From an uncultured Holophaga sp. (GTDB taxonomy: Bacteria > Acidobacteriota > Holophagae > Holophagales > Holophagaceae): a stretch of DNA of 64,000 nt. Shown here piece by piece: positions 11,574 to 20,508 of the stretch. The DNA lies in the NCBI GenBank assembly GCA_963664825.1, contig OY761614.1, forward strand, positions 128,001-192,000, given 5' to 3'. A program made the translations under genes and the position numbers. Below the pieces are notes generated by a model. That model did not search any database and was not told the DNA's origin. It saw only the letters and a program-made list of their open reading frames with translations. Each line of letters begins with the position of its first letter. Position 1 is the first letter of the stretch.

Positions 11574-12302
11574 GTGACGACCCGCCTCGGTGTGAATATC
11601 GATCATGTGGCAACCCTTCGGCAGGCCCGTTCGGCCCACGATCCTGAACCCATCGCCGCGGCTCTGCTGGCTCAGAGCGCCGGGGCCCATGGCATCACGG
11701 TGCATCTCCGGGGGGATCGCCGGCACATCCAGGAGCGGGATGTGCGCCTCCTCCGCGAGGTGCTCTCCGTGCCCCTCAATGTCGAGTGCGCCGCCTCCCC
11801 GGAGGCCATGCAGGCCATCGTGCCGCTGAAACCCCATTGGGTGACCCTCGTGCCTGAAACCCGGGAGGAGCTCACCACCCAGGGAGGCCTGGACGTGGTC
11901 TTCCTCCAGGCCCACCTGCGCACCGTGATCCGGGAACTCCGCACCTCGGATATCCGCGTGAGCCTCTTCATCGATCCCCAGCTGGAACAGGTCAAGATGG
12001 CCTCGCGCATCGAGGCCGACGCCGTGGAATTCAATACCGGCGTCTACGCCGATCTCCCCGCAGGAAGCGACCCCGGCCCGGAACTCGAGCGGATTCGGGA
12101 ATCGGCCCGGCTCGCCGCTCGCCTCGGCCTGCGAAGCCTGGCGGGACACGGGTTGAACCTGCAAAATGTCGGTCCCATCGCGGCCATTCCGGAGATCGTC
12201 GAACTCAATATCGGCCACAGCCTCATCGGTCGGGCCGTACTCGTGGGCCTCGAACGCGCCGTCCAGGAGATGCAATCGGCCATCACAGAGGCCAATGCAT
12301 GA
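11574..12302 (+). CDS. pdxJ: Pyridoxine 5'-phosphate synthase
   Basis: RLGVNIDHVATLRQAR, ITVHLRGDRRHIQ, TLVPE, AGHGL and ELNIGH. Confidence 0.97.
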   Translation: MTTRLGVNIDHVATLRQARSAHDPEPIAAALLAQSAGAHGITVHLRGDRRHIQERDVRLLREVLSVPLNVECAASPEAMQAIVPLKPHWVTLVPETREELTTQGGLDVVFLQAHLRTVIRELRTSDIRVSLFIDPQLEQVKMASRIEADAVEFNTGVYADLPAGSDPGPELERIRESARLAARLGLRSLAGHGLNLQNVGPIAAIPEIVELNIGHSLIGRAVLVGLERAVQEMQSAITEANA

Positions 12303-12387
12303 AAATGCCTGGACCCGCCCCCGCCACCCGGGGTCCTCGCCCCTGGGGCGAAGCGTGTCCCCCCTGCTTGGCAAAGGTTCGGGCCTG

Positions 12388-13209
12388 ATGTCCAACCTCC
12401 GCGGCAACCTCCAGAGCATCTCCCTCACGGATGTCGTTCAGCTCCTGAACGTCAACCGGAAGACCGGCAAACTCTACGTCATCGACGGCAAGCGCACCGG
12501 CACCCTCTATGTCGTCAATGGCGAGGTGGTGCATGCCGAGACGCCGCAGACGGTGGGCGAAAGCGCCGCCTTCGAAGTGCTGGAATGGGACAAGGGTGAA
12601 TTCGAATTCGCCGCCTCCAAATTCAAGGTGCCCACCAGCATCCACCGCGGCCTGCAGGACCTCCTCATGGAATCGGCCCGCACCGCCGATTCCCGCAAGC
12701 GCTTCCGCACCATCTTCCCCAATCTCCACGCGGTGCCTTGGCTCACCCTGAGGGAACCCCAACTCACCCAGGGACTGAAGCTCTTCCCCGAGGACCGGAA
12801 GGTGCTGCCCTTCATGGATGGATACCGCGATTTCACTGAAGTGATGGCCGTTTCCAACATGAGCGAAGTCAGCGTCCTTCAGACCTGCCTCACCCTCAAG
12901 GAGGCGGGCCGTCTCCAGGTCCTCGAACCCTCCATCACCGTCTCCACAGCCCCCATGAAGAGCGGCTTCTTCCGAAAGAGCGATCATGTGGAGCTTTCCA
13001 AGACCGTGGAATCCGTTTGGAAGATGATGGGCCCCTATCGGGTCGAGCCCATCTGCAATGTCCGCATCATCTGGCCTGAAGGCCCCGCCGTGGAGCCCGT
13101 CCAGTTCGTCTCCGGAGTGAATGACCAGAGCCTCAATGTTCCGAAGGAACTCATGCAGGCATGGAATCTTCCCGAAGGAATTTTCGTGAGCGTCCGCCCC
13201 GCTCCCTGA
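12388..13209 (+). CDS. DUF4388 (PATAN-like) domain protein
   Basis: N-terminal LRGNLQSISLTDVVQLL...KTGKL...GEVVHAE...GEFEF...QDLLMESAR; ATG at 12388. Confidence 0.75.
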   Translation: MSNLRGNLQSISLTDVVQLLNVNRKTGKLYVIDGKRTGTLYVVNGEVVHAETPQTVGESAAFEVLEWDKGEFEFAASKFKVPTSIHRGLQDLLMESARTADSRKRFRTIFPNLHAVPWLTLREPQLTQGLKLFPEDRKVLPFMDGYRDFTEVMAVSNMSEVSVLQTCLTLKEAGRLQVLEPSITVSTAPMKSGFFRKSDHVELSKTVESVWKMMGPYRVEPICNVRIIWPEGPAVEPVQFVSGVNDQSLNVPKELMQAWNLPEGIFVSVRPAP

Positions 13210-13225
13210 TCACAAGAGGAACGCC

Positions 13226-14167
13226 ATGGAAGGCCAAGAGAATCCCGAAATCCAGCCCCAGACTCACTCAGTGGAGCCTGATTTGCTGTTGCAGGAATTC
13301 CGCGAGCGCAGCGAAACCCTGGATAACCGCCTGGACGCTCTCCAGGAGATGATCCAGGACATCCGCGGCGATCTCCACGACGAGGCCGCCCGGGGCCTCC
13401 ACCAGCTGGCCTCGGCCGCCGCCGATATGGCCAACGGCCAGGTCTACCAAAAGATCGACATGGAGGCCAAGGGTGAACTGGGCGCCCTGGTGGAGAGCAT
13501 CAACACCACCCTCACCAACCTCCAGCAGCTCGATGCTTCCGTGAAACACCAGAGCACCCAGGTGCCGGAACTGGCCGCCCAGTTGGACGCCATCACCGCA
13601 GACACCGAGGCGGCCACCCAGGTGGTGATGAATCGCCTGGACACCCTGATGAACGCCAGCGACGAAAGCGGCCGGGCACTGGAGACCGCCTTAAAGGCCC
13701 TGGAGGAGAACCGCGTCTCCCAGGTCCAGTTCCAGACTCGGATCGACGAATTCCTCACCCGTGCCAATGGCGGGGAGGATCCCACCCGGGTGGCCCAGCA
13801 AGTGCTCGATTTCCTCTTCGAGCGCCAGATGACCACCCATCTGCCGCCGGTGGATCTCAGTCAGGTCCAGGCCAATCTCAAGACCGTCTCCGACGAGGCC
13901 TTCGAAATCCTCAACACCCTTCAGTTCCAGGACATCACCCGGCAGAAGATCGAAAAGGTCGTGCTCCTGCTCAAGCAGTTCAAGGGCGGCCTCCAGCGCC
14001 TGCTGAACATCTTCAAGATCGAGGCCGGAGAGGTGGGCGAGACCGGCAAGGATGTCTTCGAAAACCGCACCGTCGCCACTCAGGACAATATCTTCGAAAC
14101 CACCATGGAGATGGACGAGAAGAAGGAATCCGTGGACGACATCATCGCCCAGTTCAAGAAGAAGTGA
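13226..14167 (+). CDS. CheZ-like phosphatase with an N-terminal HAMP-like segment
   Basis: QLDAITADTEAATQVVMN and LQFQDITRQKIEKV (catalytic DxxxQ), C-terminal SVDDIIAQF CheY-binding-type helix. Confidence 0.75.
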   Translation: MEGQENPEIQPQTHSVEPDLLLQEFRERSETLDNRLDALQEMIQDIRGDLHDEAARGLHQLASAAADMANGQVYQKIDMEAKGELGALVESINTTLTNLQQLDASVKHQSTQVPELAAQLDAITADTEAATQVVMNRLDTLMNASDESGRALETALKALEENRVSQVQFQTRIDEFLTRANGGEDPTRVAQQVLDFLFERQMTTHLPPVDLSQVQANLKTVSDEAFEILNTLQFQDITRQKIEKVVLLLKQFKGGLQRLLNIFKIEAGEVGETGKDVFENRTVATQDNIFETTMEMDEKKESVDDIIAQFKKK

Positions 14168-14204
14168 TCTGGCGCTGAGGGCTTCCTCCAACGGATGGGA
14201 AGAC

Positions 14205-14253
14205 AACAAAAGTGCGGAAAACGGCTCCAGGAGCCGTTTCCCGCACTTTTGTT
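14205..14253. terminator. Near-perfect 24-bp-arm palindrome between convergent genes (bidirectional terminator or REP-like)
   Basis: AACAAAAGTGCGGAAAACGGCTCC-A-GGAGCCGTTTCCCGCACTTTTGTT, one mismatch. Confidence 0.65.
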
Positions 14254-14278
14254 CCATCGGTGGAATCGCGATCAGGGA

Positions 14279-15646
14279 TCAGTTCTGCACTTCTTCCACG
14301 AAGCTGTGGATGAGCTTCCGGGCGCCTTCGCGGCTGAAGACGAAGAAGAGTTCCTCTGGGCGCGGGGCGCGGCGGAAGTAATCCACGGCCATGACCCTGG
14401 GGAAGTCCTCCCGGCGGGGCTTGGTGCTCCCTTGAGCGCACTCGGCCTGCTCCGTGGGTGAGAGTCGGAGATCATGCATGCAGTCCAGGGCGAAGAGCTT
14501 GCGGCGCTGGGTATCAGCATCCACCGGGTGGGCGTAGACCCCTTCCACGGTCATGGGCCGACCTTCCCAGGGGGGCAGCGGTGCCGAGGTGCCGACCGGA
14601 CCATAGGGATACAGGTTCGGGCCGACATGGTTCGTGAAGAGCAGCAGCTTGACCGGGCTCTTCCATTTTTCGAGAGCCTCGATGGCCGCGACAGACGTGA
14701 ATTCGTGATCCCGGTGATTATCCAGGAAAGGATGGGGCATGACGATGATCGTGGGACGGACCTTCCGCAGGACGGCCCCCAGATCCTCCACCAGATGGGC
14801 CCAGGTGTTCGTCCGCGGCCCCTTGGACAGCATGTGGCCGATATTCGCCTTCCGGTACACCGAGACATCGCTATTGGGGCCGTACATCTCCGGAACGACC
14901 ACCGTGGGCTTGGTGTGCATGTCCTGGAGGCGAGCATCGAAGTACCCGAGATTGAAGCAGTGCTCAGGGGTAACGCCCCCCTGCCAAGGCACCGTCACGC
15001 TATCGACGGCCCTCAGGAAGCCCTTGAAACGGTACTGGGCCGCCGCATCACTGAACTGGTCGGCGTAGTTGGCGTCCCCGGCATTCCCGCAGGTGAGGGT
15101 GACGATGGTCGTGTTGCGACCCGCATAGAGTCCGAAGGCGGCGATCTCCGCATCGTCGGGATGGGGCGCCAGGATCAGGATCCGGGCCTTGGGATCCAGG
15201 CGATTGCTGAAGGTCCGCAGTGTGGCTCGTCCCGCATCGATCCCCACACCGTGACCCACGACCTCCACCACCTGGCCAACCGCAAAGTGTGCCCGGAGCC
15301 CCGTGAGATTCAGCCAGCGAAGGCCCTCAGCTCCCCGTTCGAGGTACTGTCGCACCCGGCAGGAACCGGTGGAGAATTCCACCCAGGGGTCGCCCTGCTC
15401 CCCTTCGAGAGCCCGCAGGCGCAGCCCCAGGAGCACCGTGTCCCAGGCCTGACCGCTGGGCCGGGTCCAGGACCAGCGCACGCCGCCGGCCATGGCTTCG
15501 AGATCCAGGGTGCGCGCCCCGGCCTCTTGGGTGAATTGGTAGGTGTCATCGCCCTTGCCGAGGGCGGGTAGGCCTGGCGCTAAGGCCGCCCCCAGAAGCG
15601 CAAGGGCGGCGGCCCGAATGGAATTCCGGATCAGAGAGGAGGGCAT
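14279..15646 (-). CDS. Exported PIG-L/LmbE-family de-N-acetylase
   Basis: Signal-peptide-like N-terminus; ILAPHPDDAE and DNHRDH metal motifs. Confidence 0.8.
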   Translation of the reverse strand: MPSSLIRNSIRAAALALLGAALAPGLPALGKGDDTYQFTQEAGARTLDLEAMAGGVRWSWTRPSGQAWDTVLLGLRLRALEGEQGDPWVEFSTGSCRVRQYLERGAEGLRWLNLTGLRAHFAVGQVVEVVGHGVGIDAGRATLRTFSNRLDPKARILILAPHPDDAEIAAFGLYAGRNTTIVTLTCGNAGDANYADQFSDAAAQYRFKGFLRAVDSVTVPWQGGVTPEHCFNLGYFDARLQDMHTKPTVVVPEMYGPNSDVSVYRKANIGHMLSKGPRTNTWAHLVEDLGAVLRKVRPTIIVMPHPFLDNHRDHEFTSVAAIEALEKWKSPVKLLLFTNHVGPNLYPYGPVGTSAPLPPWEGRPMTVEGVYAHPVDADTQRRKLFALDCMHDLRLSPTEQAECAQGSTKPRREDFPRVMAVDYFRRAPRPEELFFVFSREGARKLIHSFVEEVQN

Positions 15647-15667
15647 GGAACGGCTCCTTGGGCGCCA

Positions 15668-16318
15668 TCAAAGGCGCGATTTGTTTTCGAGAGCGAACTT
15701 GAGGAGACTGTAGCTCCCGTGGATATTAAGCTTCGTGCCGATGTGGGCGCGGTGGTTTTCGACGGTTCGCTGGCTGACGAAGAAGGCCTCGGCGATCTCC
15801 TTGCTGGTCTTGGATTCAGCGATCAGCTTCAGGACCTTCCGTTCCATGGGCGAGAGCGCGTTGAGGGGCATGTTGCGAATGCCTAGGGCGGGCTGCGCCC
15901 GGCGAGCGACCATCAGGTCCATGAGGGAGGGGCTGAGGAAATGGCGACCGCGCACGACGGTGTCGATGGCCGTCACTACATCGATGACGGCCGATTCCTT
16001 CGAGACGTAGCCCATGACGCCGAGATCCATCGCCTCATTGAAGGTCTCTTCGTCGTCGTACATCGTCAGGAAGATCACATCTGTGGCCAGGTTCTTCTGA
16101 TGCATCTCCCGCAGGACCTGGAGGCCGGTGAGATTGGGCATGCGGATATCCAGCACCGCCAGATCGGGCCGTCGCGTCTCGATCTCGCAGAGCGCAGCGG
16201 CGCCGTCGGAGGCCTCGGCCACCACTTCCAAGGTGGGAACCCCCTCGATGGCCTGGCGAATCCCCGCCAGAAACAGAGGATGATCGTCGGCGATCACCAC
16301 CGAGACCCTAGGCGCCAT
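15668..16318 (-). CDS. NarL/LuxR-family response regulator
   Basis: IADDHPLF, VLDIRMP and C-terminal HTH LSPMERKVLKLIAESKTSKEIA...TVENHR. Confidence 0.93.
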   Translation of the reverse strand: MAPRVSVVIADDHPLFLAGIRQAIEGVPTLEVVAEASDGAAALCEIETRRPDLAVLDIRMPNLTGLQVLREMHQKNLATDVIFLTMYDDEETFNEAMDLGVMGYVSKESAVIDVVTAIDTVVRGRHFLSPSLMDLMVARRAQPALGIRNMPLNALSPMERKVLKLIAESKTSKEIAEAFFVSQRTVENHRAHIGTKLNIHGSYSLLKFALENKSRL

Positions 16319-17495
16319 GGGCCCCTCCCAGGATCGGCAGGAGGACCGTGACCGTGGTGCCCCGCCCCCGCTCCGAATTCAGTTCCAGCTCCCCCCCGGC
16401 CATGTGTGCCCGCTCCGACATGATCATCAGCCCGAAACTCGCATGGCGTTCGGAGCCCTGGGTGAGGGATTCCACGTCGAAGCCGCACCCGTCATCGACG
16501 ATCCTCAGGAGCACGTTATCCCCGGTCCGGTGCAGCACCACCGCCAGGTTCTGCGCCGAGGCGTGCTTCACCAGGTTATTGAGACTCTCCTGGGCGATGC
16601 GGTAGAGATTGATTTCCGCATCCGTGGAAAGCAGCCGGTCCACGGGTTCAATATCGGTGGTGAAGGCGATGCCGGTGCTCTTAGACAAGCGCCGCACCAT
16701 CGATTCGATGCTCTTGCTGAGCCCCAGTTCATCGATCTGGTGGGGCCTGAGGGTGTGGGAGATCTCGCGCACATCCTGGATGCATTCGGTGACCAGGGCG
16801 ATGGCATCGTTGACCGCGCCGGAGGGTTCCTCCCCCTGCTGCACAGCCCGCAGCCCCAGCAGAAGCTGATTCTTGACCAGGAGGAGCTTCTGCCCGATGT
16901 GGTCGTGGAGTTCACCGGCGATCCGCTTGCGCTCCCCTTCTTGGGAATCGATGAGCTGGCGCGCGAACTTCTGATGCACAAGGCTCTCGCGCATCGCCTC
17001 TTCCATCTTCTTGTGGGAGGTGATGTCCCGGCTCACGCCCACGATCCCGATGACCTCTCCCTGGAGATCCCGCAAGGGCACGGTGGTGGTCAGGTGCCAG
17101 CCCCAGGAATCGGTCACGGGGTAGTAGTTCGGCTCCTCGCGGCTGATGAGGGACTGCCCCGTATCCATGACCCGCTGCTCGTCATCGTAGAATTGCTGGG
17201 CGAGATCCCTGGGGAAGAAATCGAAATCCGTCTTGCCGATCACCTGCTCGGGCTGGAAACCCAGGTTCTGAGCCACAGCAAGGTTGTTGACGATGAAGCG
17301 GCTCTTCCGGTCCTTAACGTAGATGTAGTCCGGCACGTTATCGATGACCGTACGCAGGAGCTTGCGCTCCACACCGAGTTCACCTTCGCGGCGTTCCCGT
17401 TCCGCGATCTCCGCGGCCAGCTCCCGGGTGCGCAGCTCCACCAGCCGTTCGAGATCGGCCTGGGAGTCCTGTGCGGGTTTCATCGGTTCAGCCAT
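16308..17495 (-). CDS. Cytoplasmic PAS/PAC sensor histidine kinase (HisKA_3 class)
   Basis: PAS (IDNVPDYIYVKD...GKTDFDFF), H-box ERKRIAGELHDHIGQ, YRIAQESLNN, DDGCGF; no TM segment; start at ATG 17495 after GGAG. Confidence 0.88.
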   Translation of the reverse strand: MAEPMKPAQDSQADLERLVELRTRELAAEIAERERREGELGVERKLLRTVIDNVPDYIYVKDRKSRFIVNNLAVAQNLGFQPEQVIGKTDFDFFPRDLAQQFYDDEQRVMDTGQSLISREEPNYYPVTDSWGWHLTTTVPLRDLQGEVIGIVGVSRDITSHKKMEEAMRESLVHQKFARQLIDSQEGERKRIAGELHDHIGQKLLLVKNQLLLGLRAVQQGEEPSGAVNDAIALVTECIQDVREISHTLRPHQIDELGLSKSIESMVRRLSKSTGIAFTTDIEPVDRLLSTDAEINLYRIAQESLNNLVKHASAQNLAVVLHRTGDNVLLRIVDDGCGFDVESLTQGSERHASFGLMIMSERAHMAGGELELNSERGRGTTVTVLLPILGGAHGA

Positions 17496-17536
17496 GCCTA
17501 CTCCAGGAGGGTTCATCCTCCATTCTCCCCTTTCGA

Positions 17537-18349
17537 TCAGCGGAGTGCCAGGCGCTCCAAGTCCCTGAATTCGGCCCATTCGGGTTCATTGGCGAATACC
17601 CACCGGTAGTATTCCTGGCCGCTCAAGGATGTGGCGGCCTCTTCGTCGACCACCACCTGGCAGCGGGGATGCAGTTGGAGTGCCGAGGCAGTCACCATGG
17701 CGGTGATGGGCCCCTCCACGGCCCGGGCCAGGATCGCGGCCTTGGAAGCCCCCGTGGCCAGGAGCAGGCAGCGCCGACAATCCAGGATGCTGCCCACGCC
17801 CATGGTGATGGCGCGCCGGGGCACCTTGGCAAGATCCCCCCCGAACATCTCGGCATTCTGCGCCAGGGTGGCCGGCGTCAGCGCCTTTTCGCGGGTGCGG
17901 GAGAGCAGCGCGGAGAGCGGTTCGTTGAAGCCGATATGGCCGTCTCCCCCGATACCCAGCAGCTGGAGATCGATGCCACCCAGCTCGCGGATGCGCTCCT
18001 CGTAGGCGCGGCATTCCGCCCCGAGATCCGCCGCCGTTCCATCGGGCAGATGCGTATGCTCCGGGCGAATATTCACCTTCCCGAAGAGATGTTCCTCCAT
18101 GTAATGCCGGTAGCTCCCGGCATCCCCCGAGGGGAGGCCGATGTACTCGTCGAGGTTGAAGGTGTGACAGCGGGAAAAATCCAGGCCCTCGCGCTCGTGA
18201 AAGACCGCCAGGTAGGCGTAGACCCGCTCCATGGTCCGCCCCGTGGCCAGGCCCAGTATCAGGTTGGGCTTGGCGCGCAGTTCCTTGGCGATGATCCGTG
18301 CCGTCAGAAGCGCGGCCTTATGGCGATCAGGAACGATGATGACTTCCAC
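17537..18349 (-). CDS. nagB: Glucosamine-6-phosphate deaminase
   Basis: LGLATG, TFNLDEY, LGIGGDGHIGFNEP, AITMGVG and SALQLHP. Confidence 0.95.
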   Translation of the reverse strand: MEVIIVPDRHKAALLTARIIAKELRAKPNLILGLATGRTMERVYAYLAVFHEREGLDFSRCHTFNLDEYIGLPSGDAGSYRHYMEEHLFGKVNIRPEHTHLPDGTAADLGAECRAYEERIRELGGIDLQLLGIGGDGHIGFNEPLSALLSRTREKALTPATLAQNAEMFGGDLAKVPRRAITMGVGSILDCRRCLLLATGASKAAILARAVEGPITAMVTASALQLHPRCQVVVDEEAATSLSGQEYYRWVFANEPEWAEFRDLERLALR

Positions 18350-18364
18350 AAACTCTCCTCAGGT

Positions 18365-19216
18365 TCAGGCCAGTGCGTCCAGCCCAAGGGCGGCGGCCCC
18401 CAGGATGGCGATCTGGGGTTCCTCGCTCACGCGCACGATCAGACGCTGCAGGGCCCTCTGGTAGGCGAAATCCGAAAGGACCTTGTGCATGCTCTTCTCG
18501 AAAAAGGGGAAGGCCTTGGCAACCGATCCCCCCAGCACCACCACCTCGGGATCGAAGGCATAGAGGGTCGTCATCATCACTTGGCCGAAATCCTCGCCGA
18601 AGTCCGAAAGGATCTTCAGGGCCTCCGGGTCCCCCTTGATGGCTCGCGCGTGGATGATTGCGCCATTCTGGCCGTGATCCCGGGGAAATACCTGGCCGCT
18701 GGCGTAGTATTCGAAGGTCTTGCCCCGGTAGGGAATGCTGCCGAGTTCCCCAGAGCCACAGTTCGCCCCCGAGTACAGATGGCCGTTCAGGATGACGCCT
18801 GCACCCAGTCCCGTGCCCAGCGTCATGCCCACCATGTGGCGAAAGCCCCGCCCATGGCCATAGTGGAATTCCCCCACGGCAAAGCAGTTGGCGTCGTTGT
18901 TGACATAGACGGGAACGCCGAACCGCTGCTCCAGGAGATCCTTGAGAGGGACCTCCTGCCAGGAGGGAATGTTCTCGACGGTGTAGACGATGCCTCGCTC
19001 CACGTCCACCACACTGGGCACGCCGATGCCGATGGCGGCCGTCTGCGGCGTGAACACTTCACTGATCACCGAGCAGAGTTCTTCCAATACGATATCTGCC
19101 GAAGCCTTCGAAGGCGTGGCCCGGCTGGCATGGGCCACGATGGTTCCGGCCTCGATGCGGCCGACGCGCATGTGGCTTCCGCCCAGATCAACCCCGATGA
19201 GAATGCGTGAATCCAT
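18365..19216 (-). CDS. ROK-family sugar kinase
   Basis: GVDLGGS, NNDANCFAVGE, TLGTGLGAG and GELG; no HTH. Confidence 0.9.
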   Translation of the reverse strand: MDSRILIGVDLGGSHMRVGRIEAGTIVAHASRATPSKASADIVLEELCSVISEVFTPQTAAIGIGVPSVVDVERGIVYTVENIPSWQEVPLKDLLEQRFGVPVYVNNDANCFAVGEFHYGHGRGFRHMVGMTLGTGLGAGVILNGHLYSGANCGSGELGSIPYRGKTFEYYASGQVFPRDHGQNGAIIHARAIKGDPEALKILSDFGEDFGQVMMTTLYAFDPEVVVLGGSVAKAFPFFEKSMHKVLSDFAYQRALQRLIVRVSEEPQIAILGAAALGLDALA

Positions 19217-19226
19217 ATAGGTACCT

Positions 19227-20492
19227 TCAGACGTTTTCAGGCTTCGGTTCTTTGGCCTTCCCGATCGTCGCGTTGACGATCAGGGGGCGCGCCCAGAAGG
19301 CGATGCCGATGATGTAGGCGATGGTCCCCAGCAGAGGCAGCATGCCGAAGCGGAGCCCGAAATGATCCCCGATCCGGCCGATGAGGGGAGGCAGGATCGC
19401 GCCCCCCACGATGCCCGTGCAGAGGATGCCGGCGAAGGAACCGTGATGTTTCTCCACGGAATTCAGCGCCAGGGACAGGATGATGGGCCACCCCACCGAG
19501 CACCAGAAGCCCATCAGGGGCAGGCCGATGAGGGCCATGGAACGGCTCCCGAAGAGGGCCACCAGCAGCGTGATCGCGCCGCCCATGAAGAAGACCCCCA
19601 GGATCTTGCGGGAATCGAAGAACTGGAGCAGCACCAGGCTCACCGCGCAGCCCAGGGTCATGGCGCCCCAGAACCCGGCCACGGCCACCTTGTTCACCAG
19701 GTTGGGATCCACGTGGTGATAGTCCAGCAGGAATTTCTTGATCCAGATGGCCACCCCTTGTTCGGTGCCCACGTAGCAGATGACGCCGATGAAGTAGAGC
19801 CAGACGGTGCGGGTCTTGAGCAGCAGCAGGATCGTCTCGAAGGAGCCGACCTTCTCGTCATCCTTCAGCTGCATGGTGGGCAGCTTGACGCAGGAGACCA
19901 CCAGCACCATGGCCAGCAGCACGATGGCGAAGACCCAGTAGAGGGAGATCCAAGGCAGGCCGGGCTTCACCACCTTCTCCAAGAGGCCGAAGATGCCATG
20001 CTGGGCCAGGCTGGGATCCTTGAGATGGCCCACCAAATACCCGTAGATATAGGGGCTCACGGTGGAGCCCAGGGCGAAGATGAGCTGAGAGGCATTCCCC
20101 CAGAAGGCGTAGTGTTCCTCGCCCCCCGCCACTCGCAGCAGCGGGTTGATGACCACCTGGAGCATGGCGAACCCGGCGCCGATGAGGAAGAGCGAGGGCA
20201 GCGACAGGATGTAGGTGGGCCGGAAGGCAAACGCGAAGGCGCCCAGACAGGAGAGCAGGAACGCGCTGATGAGCACGGGCTTGGCCTTGTAGCGTTCCAC
20301 CAGCATGCCGGCGGGGATGGACATGACCGCGTAGGCGATGAAGAGGGCCGTGGCCATGTAGCCCAGCTGCTCGTTGGTCAGGCAGAAGGAGGCCTGCACA
20401 TCCGATCCCATGGGATCGATGATGTTGGTCACGAAGGAAATCGCCACGAAGATCAACATGATCAGCAGGACGATGAGGTGATTGCGTTTCAT
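19227..20492 (-). CDS. MFS sugar transporter (GluP/FucP/NagP-like)
   Basis: Multiple hydrophobic segments, LQVVINP, YVGTEQG and GIVGGAILPPLIG; start MKRNH at 20492. Confidence 0.88.
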   Translation of the reverse strand: MKRNHLIVLLIMLIFVAISFVTNIIDPMGSDVQASFCLTNEQLGYMATALFIAYAVMSIPAGMLVERYKAKPVLISAFLLSCLGAFAFAFRPTYILSLPSLFLIGAGFAMLQVVINPLLRVAGGEEHYAFWGNASQLIFALGSTVSPYIYGYLVGHLKDPSLAQHGIFGLLEKVVKPGLPWISLYWVFAIVLLAMVLVVSCVKLPTMQLKDDEKVGSFETILLLLKTRTVWLYFIGVICYVGTEQGVAIWIKKFLLDYHHVDPNLVNKVAVAGFWGAMTLGCAVSLVLLQFFDSRKILGVFFMGGAITLLVALFGSRSMALIGLPLMGFWCSVGWPIILSLALNSVEKHHGSFAGILCTGIVGGAILPPLIGRIGDHFGLRFGMLPLLGTIAYIIGIAFWARPLIVNATIGKAKEPKPENV

Positions 20493-20508
20493 CGAGGGCC
20501 TTTCAGGG

